From an uncultured Poribacteria bacterium (GTDB lineage: Bacteria; Poribacteria; WGA-4E; WGA-3G), in the NCBI GenBank assembly GCA_958296135.2, contig CATQHZ020000001.1:4672001-4736000 (forward strand): 64,000 bases of DNA, in the 5' to 3' direction. The notes under the pieces were generated by a model. That model was not told where the DNA came from. It made no database searches and saw nothing but the letters and a program-made list of their open reading frames with translations. Positions 50,737 to 60,638 of the stretch are shown piece by piece; within the stretch, counting starts at the first letter, position 1, and each line of letters begins with the position of its first letter. The translations under genes and the position numbers were made by a program.

Positions 50737-51757
50737 TGTGTTTCTCCCAGTTTTTGTATCCGTTTCATTGTGGTGTGTATCGCGCCTTTGTTAATGTCGG
50801 ACACAATCCAGCGTCTACCGAGTTTTTCGGCGACGACAGCGGTAGTGCCGCTGCCGACGAAGCAGTCTAACACAATGGAGTCTTCGTTGCTGGACGCTTT
50901 GATAATCCGTTCAATGAGTGCCTCCGGTTTTTGCGTTGGGTAGTTTTGCCGCTCCTTCGCGCTTCGGCTGATGATGCCGATTTCAAACAGATCGGAGGGC
51001 AGCTGCCCTTTCGGGTGCGCGTACCACTTTTTGCCAGAGGCATCCAACGTGTAATAACCGCGCGCATCCCGTTTGTAGCCCTTTAATTGCGCCTCGGTGT
51101 AAGGTTCGCGCAACTCATCCAAATTGAAAATCCAATTGTCAGGATGTTTGGCATACCAGAAAATCGTATCGTGTTTTTGGGAAAACTTCTTTTTCACCGT
51201 GCTCGCCCAGTTGTATTTCCAGACAATCTCGTTGACAAAATTCGCTTCCCCGAAGACTTCATCTAACAAAAACCGCAGCTGGTGGCTTTTATGCCAATCG
51301 CAGTGAAGGTAGATGCTCCCCTGTTCGCTGAGCAGTTCGCGCATTAAAATGAGTCGCTCATACATGAATTGCAAGTAGTTGTCGTTCGCCCAGATATCGG
51401 TGTATTGCGTTTGTTCAAGCACAGAGTGGCCCTCGGCAGCCAGTGCCGTCGGTTGTCCGCGCAGTTTTACCTTCCGGACGTAATCCGCCCCGCTGTCAAA
51501 CGGCGGATCGATGTAGATGAGGTCGATCTTGCCGCGAAACCCCTGTACGAGTAACGTGGAGAGGATTTCCTTGTTATCCCCATGAAAAATCAGATTCGGA
51601 CCGGTGACAAAGTCAACGTATGTAAATTTTGAAGGGGGGGGGTAATTCCAACATGGTATGTCTCAACCAGCTGCGCCGGATAGTAGTTCACCTTCTCAAG
51701 AGGGCGTTTCCCCACCCACTGCAGCATCGGCCGCCCTTTGACAGGAGAAATTTTCAT
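50733..51757 (-). CDS. mod: Type III R-M Mod subunit copy 1 (different TRD, no C-terminal domain; frameshifted at C9 tract)
   Basis: ATG 51757 MKISPVKGRPMLQW; C9 at 51634-51642; [13 protein letters not shown]; one extra C gives 341 aa; ATGA overlap with copy 2. Confidence 0.8.
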
Positions 51758-51897
51758 AAGTGTTTAAGGATTTCACGCCGCCTGCGGCGTTGATACCTTC
51801 CTCCATTCAGGAAAATTTTGTCGGGCGGATAGAGACATCTGCCCTTACAGTCACCGCGCGGGCACGTCTTACTAAAACAGAGCCCGGCGTTAAATCG

Positions 51898-54624
51898 TCA
51901 AACTAAAGGTTTCCGTACGGTGTTATCTCCCGTATACGGGAGATAATACCTTATGGGCGCAGTATCCGCGTTACGAATCCAGTCCGTGACAGGTTTAAGC
52001 GCATCAAGTTTCTCGCGTATATCCGCGGTTGCGGTATAGATAACGTGGTATTTGAACTGGGGAGCCGTGGTGCGCCCGGTTGCTTGCGATTTCTCCAAAC
52101 GTTCGACTGCCTTGATTTTCGCTTGGACTGTCTCGTCCGTGCGTTCGCTTTCGGCTTTTATCTCAACGATGAAGAACTCCCCCGTCTTCTTGACGATGAC
52201 AAAGTCGGGAAAGTAGCGGTGATAGTTGCCATCGGTTCCCTTGTATTCAAAATGGAAATCGGTTTTCTTGGCATCTGTCAAGCCGCCGGTAAACAGAAAG
52301 AGTGCTACGTCCGCCACGGATTCGTTGAGAGATGTCAGGATTGTCTCGAAAAAGTCGCGTTCGGGTGCGCTGTCGAAGTTGTAAGGCGTGTAATGCAAAC
52401 TGACACCGTGTTCATCCGGCAGTTCTGCTTCGCCAAACAGCAGGTGATTTTCCCGCATCCGTTCAGCGGTGCGTTTAAGCAGGCGTAACCGGTGGATGTA
52501 GTAGCCATCGGCATCCGTTTCTTGAAAGAGAGGTGTGCCTTCTTCATCGTGGGTGCGAATGAGCGCGATTACCTCGCGAACCTCCTCTTCAACCACCTTA
52601 TAACTTTGCAACTGGCGTTCCACTTGCTGAAAGAGCGGATAGAGGTGCGCATGAGGCACTTCACCTTTTGGATAGAGCAGCCTCAGCATTTTGAGCGTCT
52701 GCAGGTAAGGGAGATGGTAATTCGCCGCAATACGCCGGGCGACGGTGTAGCAGCCCGTTGTTTGAGTCACAACCGCGACTTTGGCGATTTCCGCTGTCCC
52801 AGCAAGCGGAGAAGTGCCGCCATCAGCGGTGAAACTCGGTGTCAGCAGACTCCGAAAAATCGGCGGGACATCCTCCGTTTCAGTTGGAACTGTCAACCGA
52901 ATGGAGACAGCACCTTGTCCCGTTCGGACAATGCGGCGGACCCACCGGGAGATTTCCAGTTCCGGCAATTCGGGTTTGCGAATGCGGAGCATAATCTCTT
53001 CTGTCGCAGCGGTATGCGCGCTCAGCCTGCCGAGGGTGGTGCCGAAGTTTTCCTGCAACTCCTTGTCCAAAATACGTCGGTTTTTCGTATCCAAAAAGAT
53101 TTTGGCCGGGTGCGGATTACCTGCCACTTGGCGCAGACACCGCGTGGCAGCTTGTAAGACAAAATTGCTGCTCGTCGTCTGCTCCTTAATGAGCGCGCAG
53201 GCGAACAGACTCGGACAATTCCAGCCTTCAACCCCTTTGCCGATGAGCAGGATGATGCGCTTTTGGTTGCCGGACGTGTTCAGCCGATTGAACTGAGCGA
53301 TTTCGCCGGCACTTGAGCGTTGCGTATTAACAAGGATTAAGGCAGGACTCTGCCCAATCTCCGCTAACGCTTTTTCTATCTCTATCCGCGAGGCATCCAA
53401 ATGCGCTTGCGTTTTAAAATAGAAGGCAATCTTCGCCTGTGCGCCATTGGGCAAAGTCACGTCGCCATAATGCTCAAAAAACAGACAGAGGATGTCCCGA
53501 ATCACAACGGCATCAGAACCAGCACCGATGTCGTAGTGAACGATACCCCGACGAAGACTTTTCAAAATGTTATCCTCAATGCCTTCACCGAGGCTATACC
53601 ACGCCACGACTTCACAGAGCATCTGCCGCTTATAATATGGCGTGCCTGTCGTGTTGACAACGGCAATCAGCCCGGTGTTTTCATTGATGTAATTGACAGT
53701 TTCGCGCACCCGCTTGAGCTCCGCGTCCATCCGGTTACCGTAGGTGTGGTGCGCCTCATCAGAGAAAATCCCTAAGCTCGGAAGACTCGCGATTTTTTGG
53801 AGCCGGAGGTTCGCCTCCAACGTTGCCTGTTCTTTTTTCTCTTCAAACGCGAATGCTGTCTGATTTTTATGCCGCCGGACCTTGGCCCGGAGACTAATTT
53901 TCTCGGTGTTCGTGACGATGATGTTGTAAGTGCTGCCGCGCACGACTTGCAGCTCTTTCGCGCCAGACTGCAAATAGGCTACCTTGAGGTTGGCGAGAAA
54001 ATCACGGAGCAACCCCGGCGGCAGGATGCGCTCGTAAGGTGCCTCGCTAATTTCGCGCAGACTCTCAATGATAGTCGTGCCAGGGGCGAAGACGAGGGCG
54101 TTTTTCATAAAACCGCCATCAGGGTAACGGAGCGCCATCGCAAATTCTGTGGCGATAATCGCACCAATGAGAACCGTCTTGCCCGTGCCCATTGCAAGCG
54201 CAAAAATATAACTCGGATAGGGAAGCGTCACAGCCTCGTGAACCGGATGAATACGTTTCTGATTCACGAAACCCAGGTCATTCTTCACCTTCTCAATGAC
54301 TGCATCGACGCTCTGAATCCATTGCAGTTCGTCCGGACTCATCGGGATGCCGAACGCTTCAAAGAAATCGCGATTATCGTCGCTGTAGTAGTGTTTATAG
54401 AGTGCCACGATGTGCGGCGTTTTCCGCACGAGGCGCAGATACCAATAGAGCTCTAACGCTTGGAATTGCGGTTGGCGGAGGTATTTGAGGGCCCCCTTCG
54501 CTTGCGGTTCTTCCACAAACTGCCAGCGCAGCACCTCGCCGATAAGTGGGAAGTCTTCGCAGGGATAGCCTTCTTCCTGCCATTTTTGCGCGTCATCGCG
54601 GAGTTTTTCAAAAAGGGATTTCAT
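51898..54624 (-). CDS. res: Type III R-M Res subunit
   Basis: AMGTGKT, DEAHH, EGWN, QAATRCLR, PDF...VEIK. Confidence 0.9.
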   Translation of the reverse strand: MKSLFEKLRDDAQKWQEEGYPCEDFPLIGEVLRWQFVEEPQAKGALKYLRQPQFQALELYWYLRLVRKTPHIVALYKHYYSDDNRDFFEAFGIPMSPDELQWIQSVDAVIEKVKNDLGFVNQKRIHPVHEAVTLPYPSYIFALAMGTGKTVLIGAIIATEFAMALRYPDGGFMKNALVFAPGTTIIESLREISEAPYERILPPGLLRDFLANLKVAYLQSGAKELQVVRGSTYNIIVTNTEKISLRAKVRRHKNQTAFAFEEKKEQATLEANLRLQKIASLPSLGIFSDEAHHTYGNRMDAELKRVRETVNYINENTGLIAVVNTTGTPYYKRQMLCEVVAWYSLGEGIEDNILKSLRRGIVHYDIGAGSDAVVIRDILCLFFEHYGDVTLPNGAQAKIAFYFKTQAHLDASRIEIEKALAEIGQSPALILVNTQRSSAGEIAQFNRLNTSGNQKRIILLIGKGVEGWNCPSLFACALIKEQTTSSNFVLQAATRCLRQVAGNPHPAKIFLDTKNRRILDKELQENFGTTLGRLSAHTAATEEIMLRIRKPELPELEISRWVRRIVRTGQGAVSIRLTVPTETEDVPPIFRSLLTPSFTADGGTSPLAGTAEIAKVAVVTQTTGCYTVARRIAANYHLPYLQTLKMLRLLYPKGEVPHAHLYPLFQQVERQLQSYKVVEEEVREVIALIRTHDEEGTPLFQETDADGYYIHRLRLLKRTAERMRENHLLFGEAELPDEHGVSLHYTPYNFDSAPERDFFETILTSLNESVADVALFLFTGGLTDAKKTDFHFEYKGTDGNYHRYFPDFVIVKKTGEFFIVEIKAESERTDETVQAKIKAVERLEKSQATGRTTAPQFKYHVIYTATADIREKLDALKPVTDWIRNADTAPIRYYLPYTGDNTVRKPLV

Positions 54625-54757
54625 TTTATCTCCTCAGCAGCGTTTCTTATTATCATAAACGCATTTGCTTAAAAATGCAACCTAAAATGAGTTTTTATAG
54701 TATAATAGCCTTGGGAAACTTAAGCAAACTATTTTTCGCGGCGAGGAAGCACAACAC

Positions 54758-55645
54758 ATGCGTGAAACAGAAATTCTCAAAAAAATTCGGCGCATTGACA
54801 TCTTCACGAACCGGCTCGTGAACACCGTGTTTGCAGGCGAATACCACAGCGTCTTCAAAGGACAAGGGATTACCTTTGACGAAGTGCGCGAATATCAGGC
54901 AGGTGACGAGATTCGCACCATCGATTGGAACGTCACGGCGCGCATGGGACAGGCATACATTAAAAAGTATGTCGAAGAACGCGAACGGGTGATGATGCTG
55001 GTTGTCGATATGAGTGCCTCAACGGCGTTCGGCAGTGTCGCCAAGACGAAGGCGGAGATTGCCGCGGAACTCGCCGCGCTACTCGCTTTTTCCGCCATCA
55101 AAAATAACGACAAGGTAGGGCTCATCTGCTTCACCGATTCGGTGGCGCATTACGTCGCGCCGCAGAAGGGGAAGAGACATGTCCTGCGCGTTGTGCGCGA
55201 TATCCTCCATTGGAACGAGCGCGACACGGCAGGAAAACAGACAGACATCGCGGCGGCGTTAGCGTTTACGGCGCGGGTGCTCAAACCGCACGGCGTGGTG
55301 TTTCTCATCTCGGATTTTCAGGACACAGGATACGAAAAGCAGCTGCGCCTACTCGGTAAGCGGCACTCACTCATCACGATGACACTCCAAGACAGGCGCG
55401 AGGCAGAACTGCCAAACGTCGGCCTGATAGAACTGCAGGATGCCGAGACAGGAGAGAGTGTCATCGTGGACACCCGTTCTGCGCAGGCGCGGCAATTGTA
55501 TGCAAAATTGAATCTGCGCGCCGAGGCGGAACGCCAGCACGCCTTTCGGGCCAGTCAAGTCGATAACATTGACATCCGCACGGATGAACCGTACGTCAAA
55601 CCGCTGCTCCGATTTTTCCATCAGCGGGGCGCGAGGCACCGGTAG
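54758..55645 (+). CDS. DUF58 / VWA-like protein
   Basis: REYQAGDEIRTIDWNVTAR, DMSAS, LISDF. Confidence 0.9.
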   Translation: MRETEILKKIRRIDIFTNRLVNTVFAGEYHSVFKGQGITFDEVREYQAGDEIRTIDWNVTARMGQAYIKKYVEERERVMMLVVDMSASTAFGSVAKTKAEIAAELAALLAFSAIKNNDKVGLICFTDSVAHYVAPQKGKRHVLRVVRDILHWNERDTAGKQTDIAAALAFTARVLKPHGVVFLISDFQDTGYEKQLRLLGKRHSLITMTLQDRREAELPNVGLIELQDAETGESVIVDTRSAQARQLYAKLNLRAEAERQHAFRASQVDNIDIRTDEPYVKPLLRFFHQRGARHR

Positions 55646-55697
55646 GCGCGGTTGGTAAGGCCGGCTGTCGTTAAATATCGACTCTCCTGATGAAATT

Positions 55698-56468
55698 ATG
55701 CATAAACTTGAGCTAAAAAACCTCACGCAGAGTTTCGCACAAAACGGCACACAGCTGCCGGTATTGAATCGCATCAATTTTTCTGTTGCACCCGGAGAGT
55801 TTGTCGCCCTCCTAGGTCCATCCGGCTGTGGCAAAAGCACCCTATTTAATATCATCACCGGGTTGCTAGAACCGGACACCGGCGAGGTGTATCTCAACGG
55901 AAATCGCATCCGTGGTAACACCGGTATGTTCGCCTACATGCAACAGAAAGCCCTGCTTTTGCCGTGGCGCACCGTCCTGAAAAACGTGCTTATCGGCCCA
56001 GAAATCCAAAAGGAACCGCTTAACACCGCAAAAGCGGAAGCAGAACAACTCCTCGCACAAATCGGATTGAGTGGGTTTGAAAAGAGTTATCCGACGCAAC
56101 TTTCGGGTGGGATGCAGCAGCGGGTAGCATTGGTGCGGACGCTCCTGTTTCGGAAGGAGATGCTGCTGTTAGACGAACCCTTCGGCGCGCTGGACGCAAT
56201 GACGCGCACCCACATGCAACCCATACTACTCGATTTATGGCGCGATGCAGGCCAGACTATCCTGCTGATAACGCATGATATTGAGGAAGCCCTGCTGCTC
56301 GCGGACAAAATCTATGTCTTAACGGCACGCCCAGCAACGCTCAAAACAGAAATTGCTGTCCCGCTCCCGCGCCCCCGAAACGTCACCGATGCCGCCCTCA
56401 TTGAACTGAAAAGGACGCTGTTGGAGGCGTTACAATTAGAAATGGCACAGGTTTTTAACGAGGTTTAG
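55698..56468 (+). CDS. ABC transporter ATP-binding protein (NitT/TauT type)
   Basis: GPSGCGKST, LLPWRT, LSGGMQQR, LLDEPFGALD. Confidence 0.92.
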   Translation: MHKLELKNLTQSFAQNGTQLPVLNRINFSVAPGEFVALLGPSGCGKSTLFNIITGLLEPDTGEVYLNGNRIRGNTGMFAYMQQKALLLPWRTVLKNVLIGPEIQKEPLNTAKAEAEQLLAQIGLSGFEKSYPTQLSGGMQQRVALVRTLLFRKEMLLLDEPFGALDAMTRTHMQPILLDLWRDAGQTILLITHDIEEALLLADKIYVLTARPATLKTEIAVPLPRPRNVTDAALIELKRTLLEALQLEMAQVFNEV

Positions 56469-56604
56469 TCAGGATAAAAAAGTTCCTTGACAAACGTAGT
56501 TGACTGTGGTATCCTATTAACAGAGGTGCGCGCCGCTGTCGCGCTCTTCGTAAACCCAGGTTCGTATCTCTACGCGCGAAGCCAGACAAAAAGAGGAAAT
56601 TGCA

Positions 56605-57573
56605 ATGCCGTACATCAAAATTCCCAAGGGATGGGACATCCCAGAAAACCAAGTGACACCCGAATCGGACTATATGAACCGCCGAACGTTCATTAAGGAA
56701 CTCGGTATCGCCGGGGTAGGCGCGTTATCGCTATCGCAGTGGAGTCCCGACGCGTTCGCACGCCCGAAAGACGTTGAGGGGCACCTAGCTGCTTTTCGTG
56801 CCAAGCCGCTTGCCGCCGAACACAACTCGCAATTCACGGTGGAACGGCCGATGACGGCCGAAGTCGTTGCCGCTACCTACAACAACTTTTACGAATTCAG
56901 CAGCGGCAAGCACGAGCTTTGGAAACTGATGGAGGACTTTCAGACGCACCCGTGGCAGCTTGAAATCGGCGGGCTCGTCAACAACCCCATGACGTTAGAT
57001 GTGGACGACTTGCTCAAACACATGCCGCTTGAAGAACGTATCTACCGGTTCCGTTGCGTTGAAACTTGGGCGATGGTGGTGCCGTGGATAGGGTTTCCCC
57101 TGAAAGCGTTGCTTGAGAAAGTGCAACCGACTTCCGATGCCAAATATGTCAAGATGCTCACATTTTGGGAGCCGGATGTAGCGCAGCAGCAACAGAATCC
57201 ACGTCTTCCGTGGCCCTATGTTGAAGGGTTAACACTCGCGGAAGCGATGAACGAACTAACGCTGCTTACCGTCGGCATCTATGGACATATTTTACCGCCG
57301 CAGCATGGCGCGCCCATCCGGCTGGTAGTCCCGTGGAAATACGGGTTTAAGAGCATCAAGTCGATTGTGCGGATTGCGTTAACGGATAAACAGCCGCGAA
57401 CCTTCTGGAATACGTTATCGCCGCGGGAATACGGGTTTGAGTCCAACGTCAACCCGAATGTCCCACATCCCCGCTGGGCGCAGGCGACAGAGTCGATGAT
57501 AGGCACCCGGAAGAGGTACCCGACGCAGATTTACAACGGCTACGGCGAGGCTGTCGCGCATCTCTACGAGTAA
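56605..57573 (+). CDS. msrP: Protein-methionine-sulfoxide reductase catalytic subunit
   Basis: Tat motif NRRTFIK, YNNFYEF, RCVE, VVPWKYGFKSIKSI, HPRW. Confidence 0.93.
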   Translation: MPYIKIPKGWDIPENQVTPESDYMNRRTFIKELGIAGVGALSLSQWSPDAFARPKDVEGHLAAFRAKPLAAEHNSQFTVERPMTAEVVAATYNNFYEFSSGKHELWKLMEDFQTHPWQLEIGGLVNNPMTLDVDDLLKHMPLEERIYRFRCVETWAMVVPWIGFPLKALLEKVQPTSDAKYVKMLTFWEPDVAQQQQNPRLPWPYVEGLTLAEAMNELTLLTVGIYGHILPPQHGAPIRLVVPWKYGFKSIKSIVRIALTDKQPRTFWNTLSPREYGFESNVNPNVPHPRWAQATESMIGTRKRYPTQIYNGYGEAVAHLYE

Positions 57574-57601
57574 GCCTCGGAGCCGCCTCGGTGGAATAGG
57601 T

Positions 57602-58522
57602 ATGTCAATCCAACTCAAAATCCTCGTTCTCATTTTATGGATGATGTGTCCTATGATGGCATCCGCCGGTTGGGAAGTGGCAGAAAGTCCGCATTTTCGC
57701 GTCTATTTCAGAGCCGGGACCGTGGTGCCGGAACCGATAGTTGAAGGTGCCGAAGATTTCTACGCGGAGATGCACCGACTCACGCGGGGCATGCCGCATG
57801 CAAAAATCGACATCCGGATCTGCAATACTCAGGCTGATTTTCAGGCTGCCGTCCATGCGCCAATTCAGGATTGGGCAGTTGGGTGCGCTTTCCCGAAGCA
57901 AAGGCGCGTTTTTATCCAAAATCCGACGCATCTCGCCTTCGCGAAACTTCAGTTAGTGCAAGTGCTACGGCATGAAATCGCGCACGTCCTCTTTTGGCAG
58001 TATACGCAGGCAGCCGCAGCAGACATGCCGCTATGGTTCGTGGAAGGCATTGCTATTTACTTCGCAAAGGAGTGGGTGCGGCGCCGCCACGAAACCTTAT
58101 TGCAGCACGTTCTCTCAAACGCTATCATGCCGCTGCCGACGCTGGCGCGTGAGTTTCCCGCTGCACAAAGCGATGCAGATTTGGCGTATGCCGAAAGTCA
58201 AGACGCGCTTCACTGGCTCGTGGAAGTCAAAGGGCATGAAACGCTGTGGGCCCTGGTCGAACGCCTTCACGCGGGATACCCTTTCAACACCGCTTTTGAA
58301 ACCACCGTCGGCTGGGATGTCGCCACCTTCGATGCGCTTTGGCGGGCATCGCTGTCAGAACGTTACCATTGGGCGGCACTCCTTTCCAATTCCTACCTCT
58401 TCTGGGGTGGGATTGGCGGATTAGCACTGCTCGGCTACTTCGTCTGTTGGAAGCGCAGACGGCAACACCTGAATCGACTCGCACAACAGGAAGAAAGTGT
58501 CGATGCTTTTTTTCAAGGGTAG
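57602..58522 (+). CDS. Peptidase MA-like metalloprotease
   Basis: Signal peptide, HEIAH, PLWFVEG, C-terminal TM. Confidence 0.8.
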   Translation: MSIQLKILVLILWMMCPMMASAGWEVAESPHFRVYFRAGTVVPEPIVEGAEDFYAEMHRLTRGMPHAKIDIRICNTQADFQAAVHAPIQDWAVGCAFPKQRRVFIQNPTHLAFAKLQLVQVLRHEIAHVLFWQYTQAAAADMPLWFVEGIAIYFAKEWVRRRHETLLQHVLSNAIMPLPTLAREFPAAQSDADLAYAESQDALHWLVEVKGHETLWALVERLHAGYPFNTAFETTVGWDVATFDALWRASLSERYHWAALLSNSYLFWGGIGGLALLGYFVCWKRRRQHLNRLAQQEESVDAFFQG

Positions 58523-58529
58523 AAACATC

Positions 58530-59531
58530 ATGAACGGCTATCTCATGCTCGTGTCCCTTTGGCTCGCCAGCTTCTGCGCAGTGGCGGCGGCACAGCCCAA
58601 GCACCTCGCGCAGTATCCGAATCAACTCACGCGCGATGGGCACATCGTCGTTTTGCCAGACCGGGGCACGCTCTACATCGTCTCGGATTTGCACGCGCAC
58701 TGGGACGATTTCAACGCATGGCTGAGGCAAACGCAACTCATTGAGCGGATTGAAGCAGGCGAAGATGTGTATGGACTCATCCTCGGCGACGCGGTGGACT
58801 ATAAACCCGATGAACCGCGGCATCCACCTTACGGCGACACCCTCATCGTTAACCGCGTGATGGCGCTTCGGCAGCACCTTGGTGAGCGCGGCAACCGGTT
58901 TCTCTATCTCCGAGGAAACCACGAATTCGCGGCGGCGGATGCATACGCGATGCTGAAAAAGCACGGCATGACAGCGCAAAATCGCCGACGCTACATTCGC
59001 GAGTTATACAACAGCCCATTGGGTACCTATTATCAGCAATTCAATTTCATTGAGAGAATGACAGACGAACACTACGCGTTCCTGATGAGTCTGCCAACGC
59101 TCGCCATTGGGAAAAACGGATGTGTTGGGGTGCACGCGGGCCCAGCGCGTTCCCTCACAAGACTGGCAGAACTGGTTGACCCGGGGCCGAAAACCCTCGA
59201 GGAACTGCTCTGGCATCGTCCGAATATCGCGCTCAGTGGCGGCTATACCGTGGCGCATACCGACAATTTTTTGAAAGCCATCCATGCAAATTTGCTCATC
59301 GTCGGGCACACGCCAATCCATTATTTCCCAATGCAAAATGTGAGAGATGGCGTGGCAACGTTCGGCGAAAACCAACTCATTTTCTCGACAGGCTACAGTG
59401 GACTGCCGGGCGTGCCAACCTACATTGAAATCGATTTGGCGGAAACATATTCGTCTGTGCATGCCCTCAAATTAGGAGTGAACATCCACCCTCTCTATCC
59501 GGAGAGACACCGCGCCCAGGAGGCGCGCTAG
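58530..59531 (+). CDS. Calcineurin-like metallophosphoesterase
   Basis: SDLH, GDAVD, RGNHE, HAG, GHT. Confidence 0.85.
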   Translation: MNGYLMLVSLWLASFCAVAAAQPKHLAQYPNQLTRDGHIVVLPDRGTLYIVSDLHAHWDDFNAWLRQTQLIERIEAGEDVYGLILGDAVDYKPDEPRHPPYGDTLIVNRVMALRQHLGERGNRFLYLRGNHEFAAADAYAMLKKHGMTAQNRRRYIRELYNSPLGTYYQQFNFIERMTDEHYAFLMSLPTLAIGKNGCVGVHAGPARSLTRLAELVDPGPKTLEELLWHRPNIALSGGYTVAHTDNFLKAIHANLLIVGHTPIHYFPMQNVRDGVATFGENQLIFSTGYSGLPGVPTYIEIDLAETYSSVHALKLGVNIHPLYPERHRAQEAR

Positions 59532-60401
59532 ATGCGGGCACTGATTTATATTATGACACCGGTAATAATTCTTACGGTTTTGCTCGCATCCCGTTTTGTG
59601 ACATGGGACGCAGTGAAAGGCGAGAACCGCGAGGCACTCGCGCACGTGCAAGAGGGCACGCAGTTTCTCCGGACGTGGCACCTTCCGCAGGCGATAGCGG
59701 CGTTCACACAGGCGATTGAGAGTGACACACGGTATGCTGAGGCTTATGTGAAACGTGGGCTCGCCTATCATCGTTCTGCACAGTATGAAGCAGCCATCGC
59801 GGATTACACTCGAACGTTAACCCTCAATCGGTATCACGCCGATGCCTATGCCAGCCGTGGGGATACCTATCGTATGTTAGGCGACGCGCAACGCGCCATC
59901 GCCGACTATACCGCCTCGCTGGCAAAGCGATGGGACGCAGCGGTGATGCTGAAGCGGGGGACGCTCTACCAGGAATCCCATAACCCCTCAGCGGCCTTCG
60001 CCGACTACGATGCGATAATTCGGCGGCGGCCCAGGCCGCAGGCTTACTACATCCGCGGCAACGCTTATCTCAACGCGGGCAAGCTGAAACTCGCCTTGGC
60101 TGACATGAATCACGCCATCGCGATGGAACCTCGTTTTGCCTACGCGTACATTCGCCGCGCGCGCATTCACGCGCGAAGGGGACAGCAGGCATTGGAGAAA
60201 TCGGATTATACCGAAGCCATCAAACTGTTCAGCGAGGCAATTCAGAGTTGGCGAGGTGACGCACGCGCGCTCATCCCAGTTTACTATTGGCGCGCCTTCA
60301 CTTATCAGAAATTGGACGAAATTGACAAAGCCCAAGACGATGTCGAGACAGCGAATAAACAGATTTTTATTTTTTTTCTTGAAAAATTGAAAAATTTGTG
60401 A
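59532..60401 (+). CDS. TPR repeat protein
   Basis: Repeated AY..RG..Y and AIADY motifs. Confidence 0.85.
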   Translation: MRALIYIMTPVIILTVLLASRFVTWDAVKGENREALAHVQEGTQFLRTWHLPQAIAAFTQAIESDTRYAEAYVKRGLAYHRSAQYEAAIADYTRTLTLNRYHADAYASRGDTYRMLGDAQRAIADYTASLAKRWDAAVMLKRGTLYQESHNPSAAFADYDAIIRRRPRPQAYYIRGNAYLNAGKLKLALADMNHAIAMEPRFAYAYIRRARIHARRGQQALEKSDYTEAIKLFSEAIQSWRGDARALIPVYYWRAFTYQKLDEIDKAQDDVETANKQIFIFFLEKLKNL

Positions 60402-60447
60402 TATACTATTCAGTGTCTGGTTAACATTTCACCTTCGTGATGTCAAA

Positions 60448-60638
60448 ATGGAAACCGATGAGCACTCGGAGGGAGAATCAGTGAGGGAAAATCAACCCGA
60501 TAACGGCGAGAAAAAAACGCCGCTTGACGAATTTGAACCCGATGACGAATACGAGGACGACGAGAGATACGTCGCTTTTCCGGGCGGCATCCCGCAGAAA
60601 TGGTTCAACACAGCGTATTATGTCTTTCTGGCCTCGGT
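60448..60638 (+). pseudogene. 5' part of a membrane/coiled-coil gene interrupted by the IS
   Basis: Acidic N-terminus ending AYYVFLAS; joins in frame to 62189. Confidence 0.6.

Noticed and set aside
49052-51757. Invertase-driven shufflon or DGR
   Set aside because: Repeats are direct rather than inverted; no recombinase or reverse transcriptase nearby; differences are not adenine-specific.
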